Shown here: piece by piece, positions 53,637 through 64,000 of the stretch
Layout of the letters: the number at the start of each line of letters is the position of its first letter
How positions within the stretch are numbered: position 1 is the first letter of the stretch
Source: Bispira polyomma
Lineage: Eukaryota
Assembly: GCA_965649765.1 (NCBI GenBank)
Contig: OZ287748.1
Location: forward strand, 46,314,001-46,378,000
Direction: 5' to 3'
DNA: 64,000 bases
Program-made: the position numbers and the translations under genes
The notes under the pieces: model-generated
Database searches by the model: none
Seen by the model: only the letters and a program-made list of their open reading frames with translations
Told to the model about the DNA's origin: nothing

Positions 53637-53684
<48 letters not shown>
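53637..53684. repeat. (TA)24 microsatellite
   Basis: Direct observation. Confidence 0.95.
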
Positions 53685-53688
<4 letters not shown>

Positions 53689-54191
53689 TTTTAATATCAA
53701 TAAACAAGTGTGTCCAAGGGGTTGTGGATGACATGGGCCACTGTTTTGGTATTAATGGAAACGGAGAAATGCTCCAAAAACATTAATCTGACACTGTTTC
53801 TTAAGTTAGATTCCACATGTATTTTTTCTAGATAAAAATTTTTGACTTCAACTACAGTGACACAACACAGCAAACATCAAGAATTGTGTGTTTATGACAT
53901 CAGCTTCTCCCTCTCAAAAACGTGCCTTTGAATCATTTGAACAAAGTGCTTAGGTTGCTCAATCCAACCTACTCACATACAAGAAGTCCTACTAGATACT
54001 AACTAGTGCATAAATTGTTTATCGATATCAACAATATTTATTGTATGGGCTCATAAGTGCCGAAATCAAAACATATTGATGTAGTAAATGATACATATTT
54101 CACCTTTGGCCAACACTTGTACCACAAATTCCACACTGTTAATGCTATTTTTAAGTTTATACCTTTTAAATTATAACTGATGAACATTTTA

Positions 54192-54671
54192 CCGGTTCCG
54201 CTCTCCATCTCGCCCATGTTCGCGTAAACGCCCATCCCCAACTTTTCAAATATTACGGAAAACGGCCAATTAATTTTGCAAAAAATGTATCATTTTACAA
54301 GAAATAATATAAAGAAACTATCAGAAATCAATGTTTTTATATGCCAAACTTTGTAAAACATACCAGTTTAAGGTAACTTGGTCATATAAACAGCCATCAT
54401 TTGCGCTTCCTGTGTACACTAAGAATGGTGACGTTTTTTTCACCTGGGAGCACCTCTAATTTCGATACACAGGAATTGTATGGATTTGTTATTTTTTTTA
54501 TTTCACAGATAAAATAGGTGATATTGATGTAATTTATGTCATTTTATACTTTTTATACGGATCGAAACGAAAAACAAGTTCGCGTAACGGCACATTCTCG
54601 CAAACGCCCATCCCAAACTTCTTTGAATTTTCGCCGTTTTCGCCCCTGGGCGCTTTCGAGGGCGGAACCGG
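54192..54671. mobile_element. Young 480-bp non-autonomous Tc1/mariner-pogo-type DNA transposon (MITE)
   Basis: TA|CCGGTTCCGCTCTC ... GAGGGCGGAACCGG|TA: 14-bp TIR with 1 mismatch and TA duplication. Internal AAACGCCCATCCC repeated near both ends. CpG-rich. Confidence 0.85.
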
Positions 54672-56435
54672 TATATCTGTTATTTCTAACAAACAATTTT
54701 GCAATCTGGACTTCCTGTTTTATTTGAACAGATTTTTTTTCATTTGAAAAAATGTTTGGTTCCTCGGTATGTCCCGATATCGGATGATATTAAACTAATT
54801 TTGACTTTTATATTAATTTCATGAAACATAAATGATTTACCCACTGATACTATGAAGAGTGGTAAACAGCTTTACAGATATTCCTTAATTAAGAGCCTTA
54901 CTACAAGGCTGCCTTCCATTTGCTACACACATCTATACATATGTACTATACCTTTCACTGTGTTTTTGCTGCATGAACTTTTTTCGCAGAAATTTTTTTC
55001 CACTTTCACATGCAAATAATTTGTTCTTACAGACAGATACAGCAGCTTTAAACAACACAGGGGCAACAAAGATGACATACTTTGACCTAGTGCCTGTTGA
55101 AAAAAGGCAATTGTCTATATATTACCAGACATAAATTGTGTCTACTAAATGACAGACGTTTTCATAAACAATAATGCATGGTGCTTTGTGTAAAATAGAA
55201 CAAAGAGATATAAATAACTCCTCTTTATCAGAGGAAAGATTTTAGAATTTTACCACTGGATTCTTACTTCTATGATTTAAAGCACCGATTTAAATCAATT
55301 CATAAATTCAGTTTCAAAGGGGAAAGAGATCTCTACTACACCAAAGGAGGTTCACTAAAATGAACAGTCAAAGCTTTTAACAGTAATTTGTCATCGTCCT
55401 GGCACTATAACGTTGATGATAAGCAATAAAAAGACAAGCAAGATACAAATGACTATAATTGCTACAGCATTGGTGACTCATTGACAATATTATTAGATGT
55501 ATCATTGTCCTTAGGTCTATGTATGTAAAGTTTACGGAACACTTTTACACTATGGGCTCCGATGGCAAGAAGAAACTGAGTTTGACAATGATCTAAAACT
55601 TTTCATGACAAAATGAGTGAGATGCTGATAAAAGCTGGGTTTGGTAAAAATCAAAATAGGTTGATAATTTAAGAGGACAAAACCCTTTTAAAAACATTTA
55701 GAGAAGATATACATGTAGATGAATATACACAAATAGTATATTATTTCAGCAATATATTTTGACTACAATTTGAAGACTTGATCCCATCACAAAATGCATG
55801 TTTTAATACCAGAAATACCTTGTAAAGAATACTCTATATGTCTTTTATTTCACCTTGTGTGGTCTTTTTGGCCTCAAAGTAAACACAAGAAGTCTTTTTT
55901 AACACATTTAAAATTTATACTCCCCACAGCCATCTCACATGGTTTTAGTTTTAATACATTGGATAAAATTTATCACATGGAAGGACTTATAAATATACTT
56001 TTAAGTAAGTGGTGGTCTCTTGAGATTCAATAAGTTCAATGAAAGAAGCCCTTGCCAACAATGTGATGTATGGTGGTCCCTTTGAAAATGAGAAATTTGA
56101 TTGCTTCATAATGACCAGTTTCAATTTCACTGAGAGGCTAAAACTGGTGACATACCTGTGGAAATTGATTGTCACGTCTGCTGGTGACACTTTTATGTGT
56201 AAAGGAGAAAAATAACAAGAAAGTATTTGTCGTGATGACAGCTATTACCATTCATGAATCATATGTCTCACAAATTATCAATTACAACATTTGAAACATT
56301 TATTGGACAGTGTTTTTTTTCCTAAAAGCCTAAAATTCATGTAAAGTTTTTTTAACCAGTTATTAATATTTTAAAGAAAGATTTTAAGTAAACACTGCGC
56401 TCATACTTGTACTTCCAAATATATATATATAGAGA

Positions 56436-56621
56436 GAGTAGAACCTCTATTATCCGAACATGTGGGGAAGAGATACAGTTTAGATAAATACCAGGGTAAT
56501 ATAATAGAAGAGGTATTTTAGTATAGGACATGAGCAAAACATAAATTTGGGAGAGTGGAAATATGAGTTCATAAAATTGAATATTCGGATAACAGAAGTT
56601 TGGATAATAGAGGTTCTACTG
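56436..56621. mobile_element. MITE family B (TA|CAGTAGAACCTCTATTATCCGAAC...GGATAATAGAGGTTCTACTG|TA, ~170-190 bp), representative copy
   Basis: Other copies at about 3292-3463, 21342-21518, 23291-23600, 25753-25920, 28815-28992, 30830-31018, 31032-31220, 32139-32323, 40310-40380, 42066-42243, 47025-47195, 51189-51341, 51490-51700, 56632-56800. Confidence 0.87.
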
Positions 56622-57639
56622 TATATATACATTACAACCTCTAAGTATCATGTGTTGGGAGAGCATTACTTTGTTTGGCAAAATGAATAATATTTCTAAA
56701 ATAGAAGAGGCCTTTTAGTTATAAAACAAAATAGGAAAATGTAAACTTGGCAGAGTGAAAGAGAGTTAATCAAATCAAAATATTCTGAAAATAGAAGTTC
56801 GAATTTTTTATGTATAATGTTAAAGAAATGTTCAAAATTATGAAAATTTAGATAACTATCTCACAGATATGAGTGGAAACCATCCCATTATCTAAGAAAC
56901 TTTGAAAACAACTTTTCCAAAATAAACGTCTCTGTATGTCAGATATAGTTGTGAAACAGATACAAATATGTGGTTAAAAAACTTATAACCCTCCCAAGAT
57001 TTTGTTACATGCAATAAAAACACTTAAATACAGACTATATTAATTGATCATGAAATGTTACATAAGTTTTTCTCACATAATTATACAAAATGTAATATAC
57101 ACCTGGCCTTAAATAATTTTAAACAAGCCGGAAATAAGTAGAAATGTTAGACAATCTCAGAGCCAAGCTAGTAATTAGGGCTCAGTGTATCGAGAAGACG
57201 GTAATTTCCCACATGGTTAGTTTGAGATTTTATTATTGGAGATTTTATAAATCCTGTAGCACCCTATGGAAAAGTCCAAATAATTTCTTGTCCTCTGTTG
57301 TCTCAATGGTAATCAATACACATCAAGAACAAAGCTGTGTCAACAACATAGTCTCATTCCGGTTCTTTTGGTAAAATTATGCATCAAAATGAACAAAGAA
57401 TGTTAAGCAAGGAAACGGAGAAAGGCAGGGCTCATATTTATTCATGAAATTCATGCATTTTTGGCTTTTTACAGATCTAATGAGATCTTGCCATGATAAC
57501 TCCTTTTTCCTGAAGAGAATCATTTATGAGTTATAAATCTTGAATACCCATAAATTCTGACTGCCAGTTGCAATCAAATAAAAAATTCAACTCATTTCAA
57601 GGCGCCAGATTGCTCAAAAGTAAAACTAAATTTCTGAGG

Positions 57640-57795
57640 CCATCTAAAAAGTAAAAAGTCAGCTGCAAAATTTAATGGATTCTTCTTTGGCTAATCCCTA
57701 CACACAGCGTCATGTAAATTGCATCAGCAGTTTTTGCGTAATCTTGGCAACAAACAAAGATACAAACAAACTATAGCCTCCTTGGTGGAGGGAAA
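57640..57795 (+). mobile_element. 3' end of a DINE/HINE-like Helentron derivative
   Basis: AGTTTTTGCGTAATC, ACAA microsatellite, then the TAGCCTCCTTGGTGGAGG terminal hairpin typical of this class. Confidence 0.55.
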
Positions 57796-57949
57796 TGTCT
57801 CAACTCCCCAATACACTGAAAATAGTTTATTATAAGAATTTCCTTTGATGAGTATTTCCTTTGATAAGTAATTAATGAAATAGATTTTAGTAAAGTTCCC
57901 ACAACATGTGTCTGGTCAAAGTCATAACTGTGACAGCAAAGTAGAATCT

Positions 57950-58575
57950 GTGGTCAAATGATGATGTCGCTCAGCAACACGTTATTCCCTGAGTCACACA
58001 TACACCAAATATGAAATTCCTTAAGAAGTTGTTCCAAAATCAAAATGATGGTAAACAATGGTGTTGTTCATGTGTACCCCTAACAAACTGGACCAACTGA
58101 TAACTTCCTTGAACAAGTAGTTGACCAGATTTGGTTTACAAAAGGTTTCATGATCAAGGTCATTACTTCAATGTGAGGCTCCAAGTGAACCCAGACTATC
58201 ATAATAAACATAAATGGTAAACTACTCTCCAACAAATGATATACAGCAAACCTCTGATTTTTCCTGGTCCCAGTTGCCACCTTTGTAATGTACAGTACTC
58301 TCTGCATAGGAAATACTTCAAGATCAAAATAAAAGTCAGACCACCATGCTGAACATTTCTGTGAGACACAGTTGACATAGCCAGACAAGGTCATTACCCC
58401 AGGTCCAAGGTCAAAATCGGAGCAGACCACTTGAAATCTACATCAATAACAAAGGTTTGCACAAAATATAAACAACTTGTGACATGCAGGTTTTGAGAAA
58501 TATTTTGAAGACACAAAATGTAGTTAGGTTATAACACCACAGCCTAGGGTCTAATCGAGGTTGTATTATAACATT
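57950..58575 (+). mobile_element. Old degenerate HINE-like remnant
   Basis: ACCAAATATGAA and CAAGGTCA motifs, GTTTTGAGAAAT, and an imperfect terminal inverted repeat TTATAAC...GTATTATAAC. Confidence 0.35.
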
Positions 58576-60302
58576 AGACAACTAAATTCCTTGATGTGAC
58601 AAGTGACAAGTAATTTGTGAAGTCCATGTTGTTCCAAGAAGATGCTAGCTGTCCAATATAGAGGATGACAATATCTGTGAGTATAAAGATGAATGATTAG
58701 GTATCTTGACAACAAGCATTCAAAGGTCAGCCAATATCACACATCTGATACAGGTAAGAGGACCATCACATATACAACAGATCAAACCAGTATTTCAAAT
58801 GTTAGACAAAGCTTAACCTCTGTGTCCTGGCCTAAGCAGTATACCTTTAGTAAACTTGTGTAGTCTATTTGAGTCTTTGTGATATATTGGAGTCTTTGTG
58901 ATATATTAGATGGTTTATCTATAAGAGCACACTATGAAAATACACATTTCAAAGAACAACAAAGTACCATTATCATAATGTACTCCATATATTAAAAGAA
59001 ATGGGCATGTGTACTGGTCAATAGTGAAACTGTTTCTAAAGCAGAAAGGTCGAATTGGCAATTCGCATTTTAGTATTGCCTTTACCCTGTTATTACATAG
59101 ATTAAAGATATGTACAGAACCTCAGTTCCACCATGGTCTCTTCGATTTAAATATTATATTTAACATTACCAGTTGTCTATACGTGTAAATTCTCCCACAT
59201 TTTTTACTATTTTTGTACACGACACAAAAGTTACGAGTACAATAACAAAACATTGTTAACTCTTATAATATCAAAAATAAAATAAATACTTAGCTGACAT
59301 AATTCACCAAAACATTCAAAAAATAAAAATGATTTTTACCTTTTTAAAGGAAAAAAAAAATTCTTACTTTTCATTGTGTAAAGTGTGTGACATAAATATC
59401 ACAATAAAGAGGTAATAAATTGGTACATGTTGCATTTTATGCCTATTAATTCAATTTAACACTTAATATAGCTAACTTGTTTTTATTAAGCTGTAAATCA
59501 TTGATGCTATATTCGTCTTTATAATCCCATTTCCCTGTCAATCAGAAGACATCATATATTAAACATTTGCTGTACTTTTTTATCTCATAAAGCCAAGTTT
59601 AATATTTTATTTCCTATTAAGTAAATATATTATTATGCTACATCAAACATTTTAATGGATATTTTTGTTATGTGTAATTATTTTGTAGCTGCTCAAGATT
59701 TGTTCACTTGCAGGGAGATACTAATCCTTGGTTAAAGCCACAATATATATATATATATGCCTTAAATGTATCACAAATCCTTTATACTCCTTGAACTATA
59801 TATAAACCATAATGACCTCCTACATACACTCACTACAAAACAATCTTGCAAATATTACATCATAGCCTTCACAGGTTCCTTATCAAGCTAGATTCAGAAA
59901 TTTATACATAACCCAGTTATATCGGACAGGATTCATTTAACTTATATTTTCTAAATTAGGCAATATTGTTAATCCAGTAAAACCTCCAATGCTGATGTGA
60001 ACTTTTTACAATTAACACTTTTTCTTGTTGGTCCCATTTTACCATCAGTGAATTGTACAGTACCGCTGATTAGTGAACATGAACATGTCTATATGTTGAA
60101 CATTTTGGCTGGGTGTAGCGAGTGTTCACTGAATGGAAGTTATACATTACATGCAAATATAACACATATAGCTTTTACTTTTGATGCTACCACTCGTATC
60201 AACTTGATATTTAAGGAGGGAGGGGGTCTTGCCCCCAATTTTCAAACAATACTTTACTAAGTTTATATGCTTTTAATAATTCATACAATTTAGACATGTT
60301 AT

Positions 60303-60515
60303 CAGTGTGTGAACTTCGCGGAAAAAGTGTGGTGGCCCTTCGGGCCACTAGATTTTATAGCTTGGTGGCCCGGATTAGAATCAGGTGGCCCAATACTTGG
60401 TAATAAAAATTAAGCCATAAAATGTTTTTTTAGAATACGATTTAAATTTTTTAATGCATAATAAAAAATATATTGTGTAATTTAAAACAGATAAGAGTGG
60501 CCCATGGGGCCACAT
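60303..60515 (+). mobile_element. hAT-like transposon end with subterminal GTGGCCC/GGGCCAC motifs
   Basis: CAGTGTGTGAAC start followed by six GTGGCCC or GGGCCAC motifs within ~210 bp. No matching opposite end identified. Confidence 0.45.
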
Positions 60516-61677
60516 GTAGATTGTCCGTCACTAAGTACTTGTTCAATACGATGAAGGTATTATGACATGAAATGACAAATTCAAGTATATTTCTTTTACC
60601 AACCACATTTTTTTAAAGTAATAAATTTCTGTCGGCAAAATAATATGGTCAATACTCATATTTTCAGCTCATTTCACATTTTTACCAATACTAAAAAATC
60701 AATCGTGGTTTTAAAATTAATTCGTACTTCAACAAAATAACATTTAGAAAAATATACCAATGTCACTTCACAGTATCCATTCTAGGAATTTCCAAATGTA
60801 GGGGCACTCCCCTACTGTCACTGAAAAAGTAGGGCATTATAATTTTAAATGGGGGATAAAAATCAGCAATTTAGCCACTATGTAGCCATCAAATTATAAT
60901 GGCTCACATTCCTAAAAGTATATTGGAAGCAGACCACACTATATATGCCGTCTGATATAGACATCTAATGTGCAATACAAAAAAGGAAAACTTCCCTTTT
61001 ATGGTTGCTAGGGTTTGAATAAATTATACACTGCTTTTATTATGCCATGCTGGTTTTATGTGGTAACAAATCTTGCACTCACTAGGTGGCGCTTGTAATT
61101 TGCTAGAAGAAAGCTAGCCATTGATTGGTTGTCACAGGACAACTCCTCAATTTTAAATCAATGAAAATATAGCAGACAAACTGACTGTAGTTTAATATTT
61201 TAGAAGCTGTGCAGAATGAGATTTTTGGTTGTTTTGTTTATAAAATGGCAGAATCTGCGATCGAAAAAAATGTTATAAAATAAAGCTGATATAAGGTATT
61301 TCATTGCTTTAAAATGAATATTAATTATAATATAACAACAACTTTTTATTAATATGCATATTCCCTAAAAATTTAGTGAATACACACATATTCCCTGTTT
61401 TGGACAGGAAATATGTATATTCCCTACAATTACCTGAGAATATGTGTATTACCCGATAGTATTAGGTAATTCTTACACATATCCACTGAACTAATTTCAG
61501 TGAATATGTGTAAGGGATTAATTTCATTTTCACATGACATTAATGTTACACAATATGCACATAAATGGTTCATGGATTCTTGTGATGAAATTAAATAAAA
61601 TCAGATACAAGTATAAGTGTTCAGGTTCACACATTCATCATATTTATGTTAAAGGGATCAACGTCACTTTTGAATCA

Positions 61678-62750
61678 AACTAGACCTAGTGCATCGAAGA
61701 ACTGGTGCATGTTTGTATCCACCAAAAGACAAAGCACCCTCAGTAGTAAGCACTCTAGCTAGCACCCAAGCTAGAAGCCTACGATTTCCTATAGGACATT
61801 TATGCTAAAGCCTTAAATGGCACAAGTGGGTTTGACATCGCAAACCTGTGGGACCAATAATAAGTCTGTGATAGGAACTTTAAAGTTTGGCCTACCCATT
61901 TGACCTTGCACGAGGGATCCAAGGTTAAATGTGACCAAAAGATTAGGACCAATAATAAGCGAGTTATAAGCACTTATAAGTTTGGCTACCCTCATCTGAC
62001 CTTGAAGTAGGGGCCCAAGGTCAAATCTGACCACATCAGAAGAGTCCCAGCCCATGATTACCTATAAGTTAGTTTCACATTGCAAATCTCTAGAAGCAAT
62101 AATAAGCGAGTTATAAGCACTTTTAAGTTTAGTTATCCTCGTTTGACTTTAAAGGAAGGGCCCAAGGTCAAATCTGACTATATCAGAAGATTCCTAGCCC
62201 ATAATTACCTATAAGTTGGTTTCACAATGCAAACCTGTAGGACCAATAATAAGCGAGTTATAAGCACTTTTAAGTTTGGATAGCTTGTTTGACCTTGAAT
62301 GAGGGGCCCAAGGTCAAACCTGACCACATCAGAAGATTTCCAGCCCATGATTTTCAAAAGGTAGACTTCACATGCCAAACCTCTAGGACCAATAATAAGG
62401 GAGATATAGGCACTTTTAAAGTCTGCTATGTGGGGTACTTTGGCACTCCGTGGATGACCTTGAATGAAGAGCTGTATGTAGGTCAAATGTCTGTATGCTT
62501 GTAGAGGACATATATATCTGTTATACATATCACCTATGAAATGATTTAACCTTCTAGTTACGAGAACTAGCCAGTAGAAAAAGGTAGATAATTTTCAAAG
62601 AAATATCCATGGCGGCCATCTTGTTTTTCAGAATGAGGCTAATTTCAGTTGCAGAGAAACTTACCTCCCAATGAAGATATCCTGCAAAATGTGGGGAAGC
62701 TAGCTGGTCTACTTTTCCGCTGAGAGTGTTAATGGATCGGTGGATACAAT
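61678..62750 (+). mobile_element. Second copy of the same HINE-type element (about 4 monomers, 3' hairpin half deleted)
   Basis: Same AACTAGACCTAGTG start, GTATCCACC subterminal motif, TGACCTTGAAnnAGGGGCCCAAGGTCAAA monomers and GGATCGGTGGATACAA end. Confidence 0.8.
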
Positions 62751-62817
62751 TAATGTTACAATTTGCACATATTATTTTAATATGCACATATTCTTTTACT
62801 GTTTAATTTCACACATC

Positions 62818-62913
62818 ACGAAGGGATTTCGCCAACTCCTAGGCTTAAATCGGTATACTTTTGTGTTAGATTTAAGTCTAAGACTTGGCTAAGTCCCTTC
62901 GTAAATATGGGCC
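62818..62913. mobile_element. Short palindromic Harbinger-like MITE
   Basis: ACGAAGGGATTTCGCCAA...CTTAAATC is inverted to GATTTAAG...TTGGCTAAGTCCCTTCGT, ending AAATATGGGCC. Confidence 0.6.
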
Positions 62914-63014
62914 TTGATTTATGTGTACAATATTCTTAAGAGGGATCATACATATAGTGTATTAATATTCTAATTTAATATTTTTTAAAGATTTCATTTA
63001 CAACCCTCATTGGC

Positions 63015-63390
63015 TGTACGGACAAAAATAAAATGGACAAGAAAAAAAGACAAAAGGTATTTGGAAAAAGGATTTGCACAAAAAGTATCACTACTAGGAC
63101 AAAAAGTATTTTTATGGGATGAGTGTATCTTTTCATAGATACCCAGTAACTTTTGGAACGTAAAAGAATCTAAGCATTAAGTTAAGTGCAAATACACATT
63201 CCTAAGTATACTTTAAAAAATTTAAGATAAAGCCATTTAAGAAGATTATAAAAGAAAAGGACAAAGAAAGTCACTACTAAGCATCTTTTCAAAATTAAAA
63301 CTCATGTTTTATGGTTATGTGTAAAATTTCAAGAAAATAATTTTTGTCCAAATAGTGATACTTTTTGTCCAAATACTTTTTGACTGTTTT
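63015..63390. mobile_element. Foldback-like element with GGACAAAA subrepeats
   Basis: ACAAAAAGTATCACTACTAGGACAAAAA is inverted to TTTTTGTCCAAATAGTGATACTTTTTGT. Confidence 0.55.
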
Positions 63391-64000
63391 TTTTATGTTC
63401 TACAATCTAGGCTTCCCATGATAACCTAGAAATTGTTCTTAAATATTTCATTAATAAATCCAATAATTGAAAAAAGATCAAACGTAAAGCCCCTGGTCTG
63501 CCCCCCTCACAATCAATATATGGCTGAACATGACTAAGCTTTTTTCCTGGTACATAGCCAAGGGGAGAGGAGGGCATTTACTTGTATAGCAGAAAAAAGG
63601 GGGAGCCTCTTCCAGTATTCATTCACTGAGCTAATTAGTATTTCACAAGGCCCACATTAAAAAAGAGGCGGGGAAAATTGTCCACAAAGTTGTATAAGGA
63701 AAAAAACCAATCAATCATCTTTGCCTTAGTAACAGGGGGGGGGGGGGGGATTTCTCCCTGGGTTACATAAACATGGCCATAACTCCATAAAAAAAAAGAT
63801 ATAAAGCCATAAAAAAAAATTTGCTTTATCTCCAAAACATCAGCTGTATACAAGCTAAATTTTACCCCTTAATTCTTAACACTCTCTGATATTTGCTTGT
63901 CCTAAGCTAGTTGTCAGGCAAGATCATAGCTATATTAAAAGTAGATTGGCAGATGCCAATCTACTAAAAAAATTAGCTAAAAATTTATCAGCCCCTTGGC

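Noticed and set aside
56040-56200. Minus-strand CAG|GTATGT site as the penultimate GTF2E1 exon
   Set aside because: Neither side translates to TFIIE-alpha-like sequence.
59820-60050. Possible zinc-finger remnant of a hAT transposase (W..Y...LFCSEC, minus strand)
   Set aside because: Too degenerate, with several stops; cannot be supported without a profile search.
61813-62787. Several ORFs with repeated peptides (SSDVVRFDLGPL)
   Set aside because: Artefacts of the HINE tandem array; frames are not conserved between the two copies.
721-63853. Remaining short ORFs in the track
   Set aside because: No domain signatures, many non-ATG starts, and composition matches AT-rich intron or repeat DNA.

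Overview
AT-rich, CpG-depleted, repeat-dense animal genomic DNA. The repeat types point to a lophotrochozoan, most likely a mollusc (inference). It is not prokaryotic, and almost all ORFs in the track are spurious. Three real coding exons, all on the minus strand, can be read from the sequence: (1) the last exon of TFIIE-alpha (GTF2E1; 46523-46719, absent from the ORF track); (2) a SAMD5-type SAM-domain first coding exon (43462-43953) behind a compact TATA/Inr-like promoter; (3) a 135-nt phase-0/phase-0 exon 19.3 kb downstream (24013-24147, absent from the ORF track) resembling vertebrate SASH1 exon 2. Exons 2 and 3 join in frame, implying a single SAMD5-SASH1 (SKIP-like) gene that continues past position 1. 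The rest is intron or intergenic DNA with two abundant TA-flanked MITE families, Harbinger-, Kolobok-, hAT- and foldback-like elements, two tRNA-derived SINE families, L2/CR1 LINE 3' ends, Helentron-type (HINE) elements with ~146-bp internal tandem arrays, and a decayed THAP/P-element transposase. All family assignments come from motifs and recall; no database search was run.
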